Positions 1 to 9,178 of a DNA stretch of 24,000 bases are shown here, in pieces. Source of the stretch: Catenulispora subtropica (GTDB lineage Bacteria > Actinomycetota > Actinomycetes > Streptomycetales > Catenulisporaceae); the NCBI RefSeq assembly GCF_039531675.1, contig NZ_BAAAQM010000050.1, forward strand, positions 50,243 to 74,242, given 5' to 3'. Under the pieces are notes generated by a model. That model was not told where the DNA came from. It worked only from the letters and a program-made list of their open reading frames with translations, and searched no databases. Position numbers and translations under genes: made by a program. Positions within the stretch are counted from its first letter, which is position 1, and the number at the start of each line of letters is the position of its first letter.

Positions 1-344
1 GCCTGTTCTACCAGCTCGCCGGCCCCGCGGTCCGGGCCATCGACGGTCCGACGCAGTACTCGCTCTACCCGTCGAACGTCTCGGCCAAGCTGGCTCCCGC
101 GCATCCGGAGAAGGCCGCCGCCGAGCTGGCCGAGCGCCTTCGCAGGGTGCTGCCGGAGCAGGCCGCGGAGACGTTCCAGGGGGTGGCCATCATCGATGCC
201 AACGACCTGGGCTGCAACATCCTCGGGCAGGCCACGACCGTCTCCGAGGAGAAGATCGCGGAGATGTTCAAGGACAACCCTCTCGGCCAGGGCGCCCAGC
301 GGACTCCGCTGGCTGTGGTGGTGCTGCCGAAGCAGGGTTCTTAA
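1..344 (+). CDS. 3' end of a CDS truncated by the window edge. Hypothetical protein, possibly F420-0:gamma-glutamyl ligase-like family (tentative).
   Basis: Frame 3 is open from the window edge to TAA at 342-344 with high GC3. The C-terminal motifs VAIIDANDLG..ILGQ and KDNPLGQG..RTPLAVV resemble, from memory, PF01996-type ligase-like proteins. A strong hairpin follows the stop. Confidence 0.5.
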   Translation, partial: LFYQLAGPAVRAIDGPTQYSLYPSNVSAKLAPAHPEKAAAELAERLRRVLPEQAAETFQGVAIIDANDLGCNILGQATTVSEEKIAEMFKDNPLGQGAQRTPLAVVVLPKQGS

Positions 345-358
345 CCGAAAGCCGAAAG

Positions 359-405
359 CCGGAGGCCCGGGTCCCCTTGCGACACAGGGGGATCCGGGCC
401 TCCGG
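359..405. terminator. Bidirectional stem-loop terminator between convergent genes
   Basis: CCGGAGGCCCGGGTCCCC (359-376) pairs with GGGGATCCGGGCCTCCGG (388-405). The stem is about 18 bp with one G-U pair and an 11-nt loop. It sits between the stop of the + gene (344) and the stop of the - strand small ORF (420). Confidence 0.6.
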
Positions 406-419
406 CCTGTTCCCCGTTA

Positions 420-611
420 TCAGTCGATCTCGTGGAAAGCGTGGTGGTGGCTCTCAGCCCACTCCCGCGCCTCGTCCCGCGTCCGCTGTCCCGGCGAGCT
501 CATCGTGCAGAGCCGGCACTCGGCCCGCCAAGGCCACCCGCCCCATGTGCAGTAGATGTCCGCGGGGCCGCGTTCGTTGTCCTGACGCTCCCTTGCGATG
601 GTGGCGTTCAT
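420..611 (-). CDS. Small (63 aa) Cys/His-rich hypothetical protein
   Basis: ATG at 611 is preceded by GGGAGGGGG 6 nt upstream. The codons are GC3-rich. The product is MNATIARERQDNERGPADIYCTWGGWPWRAECRLCTMSSPGQRTRDEAREWAESHHHAFHEID, with a C-x10-C-x2-C pattern and an HHHxFH tail. The longer ORF start at 683 has no RBS support. Confidence 0.55.
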   Translation of the reverse strand: MNATIARERQDNERGPADIYCTWGGWPWRAECRLCTMSSPGQRTRDEAREWAESHHHAFHEID

Positions 612-757
612 CAGACACCCCCTCCCTGGCGCCTCACCTCCATTGCACCAGCTCGGTGGCAATTGACACCAGAGGATTTCCACCGACGAACCCCACCGAA
701 AGCCCCACCCCGCGCAACGCTGGAGCAGACGCCCTGAGCCCGGCTAATCTACGCCTC

Positions 758-1309
758 GTGACTATCGAAGACGACGACGACCTCGTCCTCCCGGCGGCGC
801 TGGCCGCGATAGCCGCCCTCGGCTTCCCGGAAGCCGGCGAGGACGACGAGGACGAGGACGACCACCCCACCGTGGACTTCGAGCCCTTCGAAGAATTCCT
901 CGACGCCGAGGACACCACCGACTGGTTCCGCACCTGGACCGCCAACCCCGAGACCACCGGCGATCAGTTCCGGGTCTTCGGCCAGACCTCGGCCGGCGGC
1001 TACGCGGCGTTCTGGCTCGTCCGCGACGACGCGCCCCTGACCGACCAGCCGATCGTGTTCCTCGGCCCGGAAGGCGAGACCGGCGTCGTGGCCTGCGACC
1101 TGTCCGGCTTCCTCTGGCTGGTCGCCGACGGCAGCGGCCCGTACGAGGCCGTGGAGTACCCGACCCGCCGCTCCCGCCCGCACCCGGAGTTCACGGCGAT
1201 CGCCGAGAAGCACGCGACGGGCGAGCGCATGACGGCCCGGGAGGTCGTGGCGGCCGCCCGGGACGAGTTCCCGGACTTCGAGGACACGATGGCGGAGTTG
1301 GCGCGGTAA
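758..1309 (+). CDS. SMI1/KNR4 (SUKH-1) family protein with an acidic N-terminal region
   Basis: The C-terminal two thirds (FRVFGQTSAGGYAAFWLV...PIVFLGPEGETGVVACDLSGFLWLVADG) match the SUKH/SMI1_KNR4 pattern. Upstream of GTG 758 the frame encodes Arg/Pro-rich non-coding-like sequence. TAATCT (745-750) lies 8 nt before GTG with no SD, so the transcript may be leaderless. Confidence 0.75.
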   Translation: MTIEDDDDLVLPAALAAIAALGFPEAGEDDEDEDDHPTVDFEPFEEFLDAEDTTDWFRTWTANPETTGDQFRVFGQTSAGGYAAFWLVRDDAPLTDQPIVFLGPEGETGVVACDLSGFLWLVADGSGPYEAVEYPTRRSRPHPEFTAIAEKHATGERMTAREVVAAARDEFPDFEDTMAELAR

Positions 1310-1464
1310 GGCTGTTCGGGTTCGGGCCGCTTCGGTGTGTCGGCAGGCGCCGGCGCTGCTGGAGCGGCACGCGCGCCTGCCGGTCGCGATCGGCGAGGTC
1401 GCACGTCAGCTCACTGTTCCCCCGGGGGCCGGGGGCCGTCCAACCCGGATTCGCGATTCCGCCG

Positions 1465-1944
1465 TCACCGTCCAGGCAGAACACAAGCCGCGTCGATCTC
1501 CAGCACCCGGTTCAACCGCCCGAACGCCAGCCACGACCCCAGGCACATGGTCAGCTCGACCACTTCCTTCTGCGAGTAATGCGCCAGCATCCGCTCCCAG
1601 AACTCGCCGTCCAGCTCATGGTGGCTCACGGCGTACCGCTCGGCGTACTCGGCTGCCAACCGCGTCCGCTCGTCGAAGGCGTCCGTGGTCCGCCACTCGG
1701 CGACGGCCTCGTCGAACCCCTCCTCGACCTTCACCCCGTCGCGGTCGGTCCGCCAGTCCAGACAGAACAAGCACCCGTTGATCTGCGCGATCCGCAGCCT
1801 CGCCGCCTCGAACTCGCGCAGTCCCAGGGTCGTGTGCTCGTAGACCGCCATGGAGAACGTCGCGGCCGCGGGGCCGATACCGGGGACCATCTCGCCCCAC
1901 ACGTATCCGATCGGCTCCTTGCCCTCCGGAATGTCGATGATCAC
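1465..1944 (-). CDS. Carboxymuconolactone decarboxylase / AhpD-like family protein
   Basis: The translation VIIDIPEGKEPIGYVWGEMVPG...INGCLFCLDWRT...LTMCLGSWLAFGRLN carries an AhpD-like CxxC core. GTG 1944-1942 overlaps the TGA (1943-1941) of the upstream gene as a GTGA junction. The ORF extension to 2415 is Arg/Gly-rich shadow sequence. Confidence 0.85.
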   Translation of the reverse strand: MIIDIPEGKEPIGYVWGEMVPGIGPAAATFSMAVYEHTTLGLREFEAARLRIAQINGCLFCLDWRTDRDGVKVEEGFDEAVAEWRTTDAFDERTRLAAEYAERYAVSHHELDGEFWERMLAHYSQKEVVELTMCLGSWLAFGRLNRVLEIDAACVLPGR

Positions 1945-3020
1945 TGCGTCGCGCCTCCCCACAGCCCCGCCGCCGGGCGTAGTGGCACGTCCAGCGCGTC
2001 GTAGATCCCCGGCTCGCGGCCGGCCAGCCAGCCGATCGCGTTCACCAGCCGTCCGACCGCGGTGGCGTTGCCGCCCGCCGAACGGTTGCCGTCCTCGTCG
2101 GCCGCCTCGACGGTGACCTCGATCCGCGGACGCCCCTCGATCACCACGCGGTGCGCCCCCACTCCGTCCGGCGCCTGGGGCCATTCCGGGGCCACCGACG
2201 GATGGATCCGGGTCACGTGCTCGATGACGATCCGCGCGACGCCGTCGACGATCCCCCGCACCTCGAAACGCACGCCACCCTGGGTCTTTCCCTCGAAGCG
2301 GCCCATCGTCTCGGTCTCCACGGATTCCGTCAGCGCCGCCCGCTCGACGTGCTCCCGGATCTCCGACACCTCGACGCCGAGCGCCCGCGCCATCAGCCGG
2401 ATCTGCCCGCCCCACACCATCGTCGGCACGGTCGGCGCCGTCATCGGGGGCTCATAGTCCATCGGCTGCCCCATGCCGACCAGGTACCGGACCGAATCCT
2501 CCTGGTCGTAGGTCGAGTAGTCGAAGATCTCCTGACAGCGCACCGCTTCGATCTCGGTCCCCAGTCCGGTCATCAGCAGCGGCAGCACATCGTTGCCCCA
2601 CCCCGGATCGATTCCCGACACGAACAGCGACCCGCCGCCCTCGGCCACCGCCGCCAGGACCTGCTCCCGCTGCTCGGCCGGTGCGCTGCGCGGATCGTAG
2701 AACGCGTACAACGACGGCGTCACGACCACCGCGCCGGCCCGGATGGCGCGGTTGACGTCGTCCAGCGCCTCCTGCGGCCGGATCTCGCCGGACGCCGCGT
2801 ACACGACGGCCCGCGCCCCGCTCAGCGCCGCGTCGACGTCGTCGGTCGCCGCCACGCCCCATGGCCCGTCCTTGAGGCCGGCCAGTTCCCCGGCGTCCCT
2901 TCCCACCTTCTCCGGATTGCTCACTATCACTGCCTTCAGCACCAACCCCGAACACGCGGCGACCGCCCGGATCGCCGCGCGCCCGACATTGCCGGTGCCC
3001 CAGACCACCGTGGGGATCAT
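1941..3020 (-). CDS. NAD(P)-binding dihydrodipicolinate-reductase-like / amine-dehydrogenase-family oxidoreductase
   Basis: The protein is 359 aa with an N-terminal Rossmann motif VVWGTGNVGRAAIRAV. Its overall pattern is typical of the DapB-like NAD(P)H-dependent amine dehydrogenase family. A GAGG-type SD precedes ATG 3020. Confidence 0.8.
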   Translation of the reverse strand: MIPTVVWGTGNVGRAAIRAVAACSGLVLKAVIVSNPEKVGRDAGELAGLKDGPWGVAATDDVDAALSGARAVVYAASGEIRPQEALDDVNRAIRAGAVVVTPSLYAFYDPRSAPAEQREQVLAAVAEGGGSLFVSGIDPGWGNDVLPLLMTGLGTEIEAVRCQEIFDYSTYDQEDSVRYLVGMGQPMDYEPPMTAPTVPTMVWGGQIRLMARALGVEVSEIREHVERAALTESVETETMGRFEGKTQGGVRFEVRGIVDGVARIVIEHVTRIHPSVAPEWPQAPDGVGAHRVVIEGRPRIEVTVEAADEDGNRSAGGNATAVGRLVNAIGWLAGREPGIYDALDVPLRPAAGLWGGATQ

Positions 3021-3080
3021 CAGCTCTGCCTCACTTCGATCGTGCTCCGACCTCGCACCAGCCCGCTTCGGCCCCGGCCG

Positions 3081-4789
<1,709 letters not shown>

Positions 4790-4892
4790 GGTCTACTGAC
4801 GAGTAATATAACGGAACGTCAGATGAGAAACCCCAGGTAGACCTCGCCGATGAGGGATACGACCCCTGAGACGCGACGTCAGGGCCGGGGTG

Positions 4893-5282
4893 TCACCGCT
4901 CCGGCGCCATCAGCCCGGCCAGTGCCGCCCCGTCGACCGCGGCGCGGCCGGTGCGCCGCTGATATCTCCGCAGGATGTCCGCGCGGCGCCGAGGGTGCCC
5001 TTTCCGCCGTGCGGGGAAGGTCGCCGCGAGGTCGGCGAGCAGGGCTCTGCGATCGACGCCGAGGTGGTCGAGCAGCCACGCGACGCCGGGATCCAGGCAC
5101 GCGGCCGCCAGGGCGAGATGCGCCGTCGAGTGGACGCGATCGCGTCGCCCCAACGCGAGTCGCAGCGACGCCTCGTAGCAGGCCCGCGCGCCAGCACCCT
5201 GCGGCGGCGTCGCCATGGCGGCGCGGCGCCGGGCCCGCCGGGCTCCCCAGGGCAGCAGCGGCTCGCGGCCGGTCGTCACCAT
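4893..5282 (-). CDS. Clp amino-terminal (Clp_N)-like domain protein
   Basis: The 129-aa ORF starts at ATG 5282, 14 nt downstream of the flavin reductase stop. The segment HSTAHLALAAACLDPGVAWLLDHLGVDRRALLADL resembles the Clp_N repeat. An alternative ATG is at 5216. Confidence 0.5.
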   Translation of the reverse strand: MVTTGREPLLPWGARRARRRAAMATPPQGAGARACYEASLRLALGRRDRVHSTAHLALAAACLDPGVAWLLDHLGVDRRALLADLAATFPARRKGHPRRRADILRRYQRRTGRAAVDGAALAGLMAPER

Positions 5283-5296
5283 ATGCTGACGGCGCC

Positions 5297-5902
5297 TCAC
5301 CGCGGCGTCTGACTCCGATACGAGAACCCCAGCTCCTCGCTGAGCCCGAAGTAGTGCCGGAAGTTGTAGATCAGCGGCTCCCAGGCCCCCGGCTCGACGT
5401 GATCCGTCCCCGGCACCACGATCGCCGGGTCCGCATGCACCTTCAGCACCTCGGCCTCGACGATCAGGAAGTCCTTGGCGGAGTCCGGCTGCACCCGCGC
5501 CGCGCGCGCCTCGAACTGCAACCCACACTCCGCGACCCGCGGCGGCCGCACCGCCTCCGACGCCCGCGGCGTCAGCCCGGCCTCGCCGAACTTGTCGGCC
5601 ACGTACCGGCACCCGGCCGGTTTCGTCTCCGGCACCGGGTGCCGTCCGGTCACGCCGGCGAGCCTCTCCACCTGCCGCCACAGGTGCGGCCCCGGTACGT
5701 TGACGACCAGTTCCGGGCGCCGCGACAGGTTGTGGCCGGTCTGGCCGTCCTTGCCGAGGCCCAAGACGATCGTCTGGCCCAGCGCCCACGCCGACGACAT
5801 CGGGGCGAGGTTGGGCGAGCCGTCGTCGTTCTCCGTGGTCAGCAGGACCACCGGGGTTCCGAAGTACAGGATGGACGGTCTGATGGGGATCGTGCTGCTC
5901 AT
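5297..5902 (-). CDS. Flavin reductase family protein (FMN-binding split barrel)
   Basis: The 201-aa ORF from ATG 5902 begins MSSTIPIRPSILYFGTPVVLLTTENDDGSPNLAPMSSAW...LIYNFRHYF, which is typical of flavin reductase-like domain proteins. The 359-aa ORF extension upstream is shadow sequence. Confidence 0.85.
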   Translation of the reverse strand: MSSTIPIRPSILYFGTPVVLLTTENDDGSPNLAPMSSAWALGQTIVLGLGKDGQTGHNLSRRPELVVNVPGPHLWRQVERLAGVTGRHPVPETKPAGCRYVADKFGEAGLTPRASEAVRPPRVAECGLQFEARAARVQPDSAKDFLIVEAEVLKVHADPAIVVPGTDHVEPGAWEPLIYNFRHYFGLSEELGFSYRSQTPR

Positions 5903-5952
5903 GCCGCGACCGTAGGCGGCCGACGCTTCGGCGGCGGCCGAAGGATCACCGG

Positions 5953-5963
5953 GCGATAATCGC
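5953..5963. promoter_or_regulatory. Palindrome GCGAT-A-ATCGC containing divergent -10-like hexamers, likely the ArsR autoregulatory site
   Basis: This is a perfect 5+1+5 palindrome. GATAAT (5955-5960) ends 7 nt before the A of the ArsR ATG (5967) and there is no SD, so the mRNA may be leaderless. GATTAT on the opposite strand faces the flavin reductase gene. Confidence 0.35.
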
Positions 5964-5966
5964 GCT

Positions 5967-6743
5967 ATGAGCACCGCAGTCCGTCGTCCCCGTGCCGCGG
6001 CCCACGCCGCGGCTTCCGCCCCCGCCGCCGCCGACCACGAAGGCCCGGGTCTGGCCGCGGTCGCCCGTCTGCTCGCCGACGGTACCCGTGCCTCGTTCTG
6101 TCTGGCGCTGCTCGACGGCCGCGCCTGGACGCCGACCGAACTGGCCCGCTCGGCCGGCGTCGCACCGTCCACCGCGACCGAGCACTTGAACGCGTTGGTG
6201 GCCGGCGGGCTGCTGACCGAGGAGCGGCAGGGTCGGCACCGGTACGTCCGTCTGGCCGACCAGCAGGTCGCCGAGCTGATCGAGAACCTGGCCGCGGTGG
6301 CGCCGCCCCGGCCCGCCACGCCGCCGCGCACCCTGTCCGCCGACAGCCGGCGCCGGGCGCTGGAGCACGCCCGCACCTGCTACGACCACCTCGCCGGCCG
6401 GGTCGGCGTGGCGATCGCAGACGCGATGACCGAGCGTGAGCTCGTCGACTGGGAGCACGGCCTGCGGCTCACGCCCTCCGGTGAGCGCTGGCTCTCCGAG
6501 CTGGCGATCGAGGTCCCGTCCACGGTCAGGCGCCCGGCCCTGCGGCCGTGCCTGGACTGGACCGAGCGCCGCCCGCACCTGGCCGGCACGGTCGGTGCGG
6601 CGCTGTGCGGGCACGCGCTGGAGGCGGGCTGGATCACCCGCGTCGGCAGCACCCGCGCGGTCCTCGTCACCCCGGCCGGACGCGTCGTGCTCGCCGAGCG
6701 GCTGGGCCTGTCGGAGGCGGTGCTGACGCCCGCACCGCGCTGA
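5967..6743 (+). CDS. ArsR/SmtB-family winged-helix transcriptional regulator with an extended C-terminal domain
   Basis: The wHTH region reads ASFCLALLDGRAWTPTELARSAGVAPSTATEHLNALVAGGLLTEERQGRHRYVRL. The gene is divergent from the flavin reductase gene. Confidence 0.85.
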   Translation: MSTAVRRPRAAAHAAASAPAAADHEGPGLAAVARLLADGTRASFCLALLDGRAWTPTELARSAGVAPSTATEHLNALVAGGLLTEERQGRHRYVRLADQQVAELIENLAAVAPPRPATPPRTLSADSRRRALEHARTCYDHLAGRVGVAIADAMTERELVDWEHGLRLTPSGERWLSELAIEVPSTVRRPALRPCLDWTERRPHLAGTVGAALCGHALEAGWITRVGSTRAVLVTPAGRVVLAERLGLSEAVLTPAPR

Positions 6744-6815
6744 GGCGCCCACCCTTCACCACGGCGGGTGACGTCCACGCCGCGCATCCCGACTGCGGGT
6801 CCGAAGGAGTGTCGC

Positions 6816-6835
6816 GGCACGCATATATGCATGCC
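6816..6835. promoter_or_regulatory. 20-nt near-perfect AT-cored palindrome GGCACGCATATATGCATGCC
   Basis: The core GCATATATGC (6821-6830) is a perfect palindrome and the arms have 2 mismatches over 20 nt. It is the most AT-rich spot of this intergenic region, about 140 nt upstream of the secreted-protein gene. Confidence 0.3.
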
Positions 6836-6888
6836 GACCTGGCGTCGAACCGGTGCGACGCGCCACCCGACACCCGTGGCGCGCCAGC

Positions 6889-6921
6889 GAGACAGTGAAT
6901 CAGAGCTCGAATAATTTCACT
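6889..6921 (+). promoter_or_regulatory. Putative promoter of the 685-aa secreted-protein gene, overlapped by the inverted repeat AGTGAA-N16-TTCACT
   Basis: GAGACA (6889-6894) is followed by a 17-nt spacer and TAATTT (6912-6917, TAnnnT type). The inverted repeat AGTGAA (6894-6899) / TTCACT (6916-6921) brackets the spacer. Confidence 0.3.
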
Positions 6922-6976
6922 CCCGCGCGCGGCAGCGTCGCGCGATGGTCCCGTCCCGGGTTCAGAAGGGTGTGCG

Positions 6977-9034
6977 ATGTCAGTAAGTTCGAACAGTATG
7001 CGCCGGGCGCTGGCGTTCCTCGGAATGGTGGTGCTCGCGCTCTCCGCGGTGGCCTTAGGGCCGGCCGGCAAGGCGCGGGCCGCGGCGAACGTCGCCGTGG
7101 AGCTCGGCTATGCGGACGACCTGCGGGCCAACCCCGCGAACTTCCCGACGCCGTGGAACGGCTCGCCGGGTGTGGTCTTCAACGGCTGCACCGGATCGTG
7201 CAGCTTCGACGGCGGTGCGATCCGCTTCATCAACAACACCGGTATCCAGGTGCACGTCGACTACGTGAAGGTGCACTTCGGCACCTGCACCTTCGATCTC
7301 TGGAACAAGAACGTCCCGCTGGATCCGGGCCAGTCCCTGATCGACACCCAGACCATCAGCGGCCCGTCCGGCGGGTGCCCGGCGGACGGCAGCTTCGACA
7401 CCTCGGACGTCGGGCCGAACGGTGCCAACTGGTCAGGGCACTGCGACCAGTCCGGCGTCACTCCGGTCGTCGAGTTCTCCGTCGACGGCCAGCCCGGCAG
7501 CGTGACCGACAGCGGCCAGATCCTGAACACCAAGGGTGTCGACGGCGCCAGCTGCGGTATGGGCAACGAGTCGCAGCAGTGGGCTCCGGCGGGCAGCGTG
7601 CCGTGCCCGGGGTCGACGCTGGCCCTGTCCCCGGCCACCCAGACCGACGCGGTCGGCAGCTCGGCGAAGGTGACCGCGAAGCTGGCCAACAGCTGCGGCG
7701 ACCCGCTGCAGGGTGCGAAGATCGACTTCGCCGTCGCCGGCGGCCCGAACGCCGGTGCCACCGGCAGCGCCGTGACCGATGTCAACGGGAACGCGAGCTT
7801 CAGCTACTCCGGTGCGGTCACCGGTACCGATGTGGTGGGTTCCTTCACGACGAACCCGGCGGGCACCATCACCTCGAATACCGTGAAAGTGGTCTGGGTC
7901 AAGCGCACCCCCACCCTCACCATCGACGGCGCCTCGGCCACCGGCGACTACAACGACCCGGCTACGGTGTCCGGCACGCTGACCGACAGCGCGGGCCCGA
8001 TCGCCGGCGCCTCGGTGACGTTCACCCTGAACGGCGCCGAGACCTGCACCGGCACCACCGCGGCCAACGGATCGGTGTCCTGTTCCCTCACCCCGGGGGA
8101 GGCGGCCGGGTCCTACCCCCTGGCGGCGTCCTACGCCGGCTCGGCGACCGACGATCCGGCCGGCGCCACCGGGACCTTCGTGGTCACCCGTGAGGAGACC
8201 ACGATCGTCTACACCGGCAGCGCGCACGCCGCGAACGGCCGGCCCTACACGCTGTCCGGCAGCCTGAAGGAGGACGGCGCCACCCCGATCGCCGGCCGCA
8301 CCGTCACCTTCACCCTCGGCAGCGGCGCCTCGGCGCAGAGCTGCACCGGCACGACCGACGCGTCGGGCGACGCCTCCTGCACCCTGCCCTCGGTGAACCA
8401 GCCGAACGCGGCCACCGTCCCGGCCACCGCGGTCTTCGCGGGCGACGCGTACTACGTCCCGGCGTCCGCGTCCCTCAGCGGCGGTGTCGCCTTCACCACG
8501 ATGACCGGCAAGGCCTTCGGCCTGTCGTCCTCGGGCCTGGTCGGGATCACGCCGACCCCGCTGGCCGGCCCGGTGTCGACCACGGTGCCCGGTACCAGCA
8601 ACCCGCCGTGCGTGGCCACCATCAGCGGCCTGATCAACGCGGCCACGCTCTGCGCGGACGTGTCCACCGCGATCAGCCCGAACTCCTCGACGGCGAACGC
8701 GTCGGTGCAGCACGTCGGCATCGGCGTGCTGGGCCTCCCGGCGATCCAGATCGGCGCCGTGACCTCGACCTCGCACACCGAGTGCGGTGGCGGCACGGGT
8801 GACGCGACGGTCGCGTCCATCACCGTCGGCGGCATCGCCGTCCCGGTGAGCGTGCACCCGGGCCCGAACACCACCGTGAACGTGCTCGGCGTGAAGCTGA
8901 TCCTGAACGAGCAGGTCCACACCGACACCGCGACCGACCACGTGCTGACCGTCAACGCGGTGCACGTCGTCGTGCCCGGGCTGCTGGACACGGTCGTGGC
9001 CTCGTCGACGAGCGACATCCACGGGTGCTTCTGA
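6977..9034 (+). CDS. Secreted multidomain protein: signal peptide, uncharacterised Cys-rich N-terminal domain, Big_1-like domain, two Ig-like repeats, and a C-terminal beta-rich domain
   Basis: GAAGGG SD lies 8 nt before ATG 6977, with an alternative ATG at 6998. The signal peptide reads RRALAFLGMVVLALSAVALGPAGKARA. An invasin-type Ig domain starts at about residue 213 (LALSPATQTDAVGSSAKVTAKL...NGNASFSYS). Two tandem repeats carry TFTL....CTGTT.A.G..SC.L. The C-terminal domain reads LNEQVH...LTVNAVHVVV. Confidence 0.85.
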   Translation: MSVSSNSMRRALAFLGMVVLALSAVALGPAGKARAAANVAVELGYADDLRANPANFPTPWNGSPGVVFNGCTGSCSFDGGAIRFINNTGIQVHVDYVKVHFGTCTFDLWNKNVPLDPGQSLIDTQTISGPSGGCPADGSFDTSDVGPNGANWSGHCDQSGVTPVVEFSVDGQPGSVTDSGQILNTKGVDGASCGMGNESQQWAPAGSVPCPGSTLALSPATQTDAVGSSAKVTAKLANSCGDPLQGAKIDFAVAGGPNAGATGSAVTDVNGNASFSYSGAVTGTDVVGSFTTNPAGTITSNTVKVVWVKRTPTLTIDGASATGDYNDPATVSGTLTDSAGPIAGASVTFTLNGAETCTGTTAANGSVSCSLTPGEAAGSYPLAASYAGSATDDPAGATGTFVVTREETTIVYTGSAHAANGRPYTLSGSLKEDGATPIAGRTVTFTLGSGASAQSCTGTTDASGDASCTLPSVNQPNAATVPATAVFAGDAYYVPASASLSGGVAFTTMTGKAFGLSSSGLVGITPTPLAGPVSTTVPGTSNPPCVATISGLINAATLCADVSTAISPNSSTANASVQHVGIGVLGLPAIQIGAVTSTSHTECGGGTGDATVASITVGGIAVPVSVHPGPNTTVNVLGVKLILNEQVHTDTATDHVLTVNAVHVVVPGLLDTVVASSTSDIHGCF

Positions 9035-9107
9035 GCGACGTCCACGGATGCTTCTGAGCCGGTGAGCGATGGCTCTCCCGTTCTCGGGAAGGAGTGAGTG
9101 AACGCCG

Positions 9108-9141
9108 GACGGCCCGGCCGGGGAAACCCGGCCGGGCCGTC
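9108..9141. terminator. Bidirectional intrinsic terminator hairpin between convergent genes
   Basis: GACGGCCCGGCCGGG (9108-9122) pairs with CCCGGCCGGGCCGTC (9127-9141). This is a perfect 15-bp GC-rich stem with a GAAA tetraloop. It sits between the stops at 9034 (+) and 9179 (-). Confidence 0.7.
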
Positions 9142-9178
9142 GGTGGTGCTTGGTGGTGCGTGGTGCGGTGAGGCGATG

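Noticed and set aside
377-757. N-terminal 127 codons of ORF 377..1309
   Set aside because: The upstream part is Arg/Pro/Ser-rich, overlaps a strong terminator hairpin and the opposite-strand small ORF, and has no homology-like pattern. The SUKH domain protein most plausibly starts at GTG 758.
4850-6376. ORF 4850..5959 (+, 369 aa), the long versions 4893..5789 (-) and 5297..6376 (-), and ORF 5946..6752 (-)
   Set aside because: Only the C-terminal portions of the minus-strand ORFs (Clp_N-like 4893..5282, flavin reductase 5297..5902) look like real proteins with sensible starts. The rest is shadow sequence, or antisense to the ArsR gene.
6830-6898. 23-codon mini-ORF (MHADLASNRCDAPPDTRGAPARQ) in the leader region of the secreted-protein gene
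   Set aside because: It has no SD and its start lies inside the AT-rich palindrome. Nothing distinguishes it from a chance ORF. It would need Ribo-seq support.
7433-9045. ORFs 7433..9022 (-, 529 aa) and 8452..9045 (-, 197 aa) antisense to the secreted-protein gene
   Set aside because: The composition is Arg/Gly/Asp-rich nonsense sequence. The sense frame has a signal peptide, an SD and repeated Ig-like domains.
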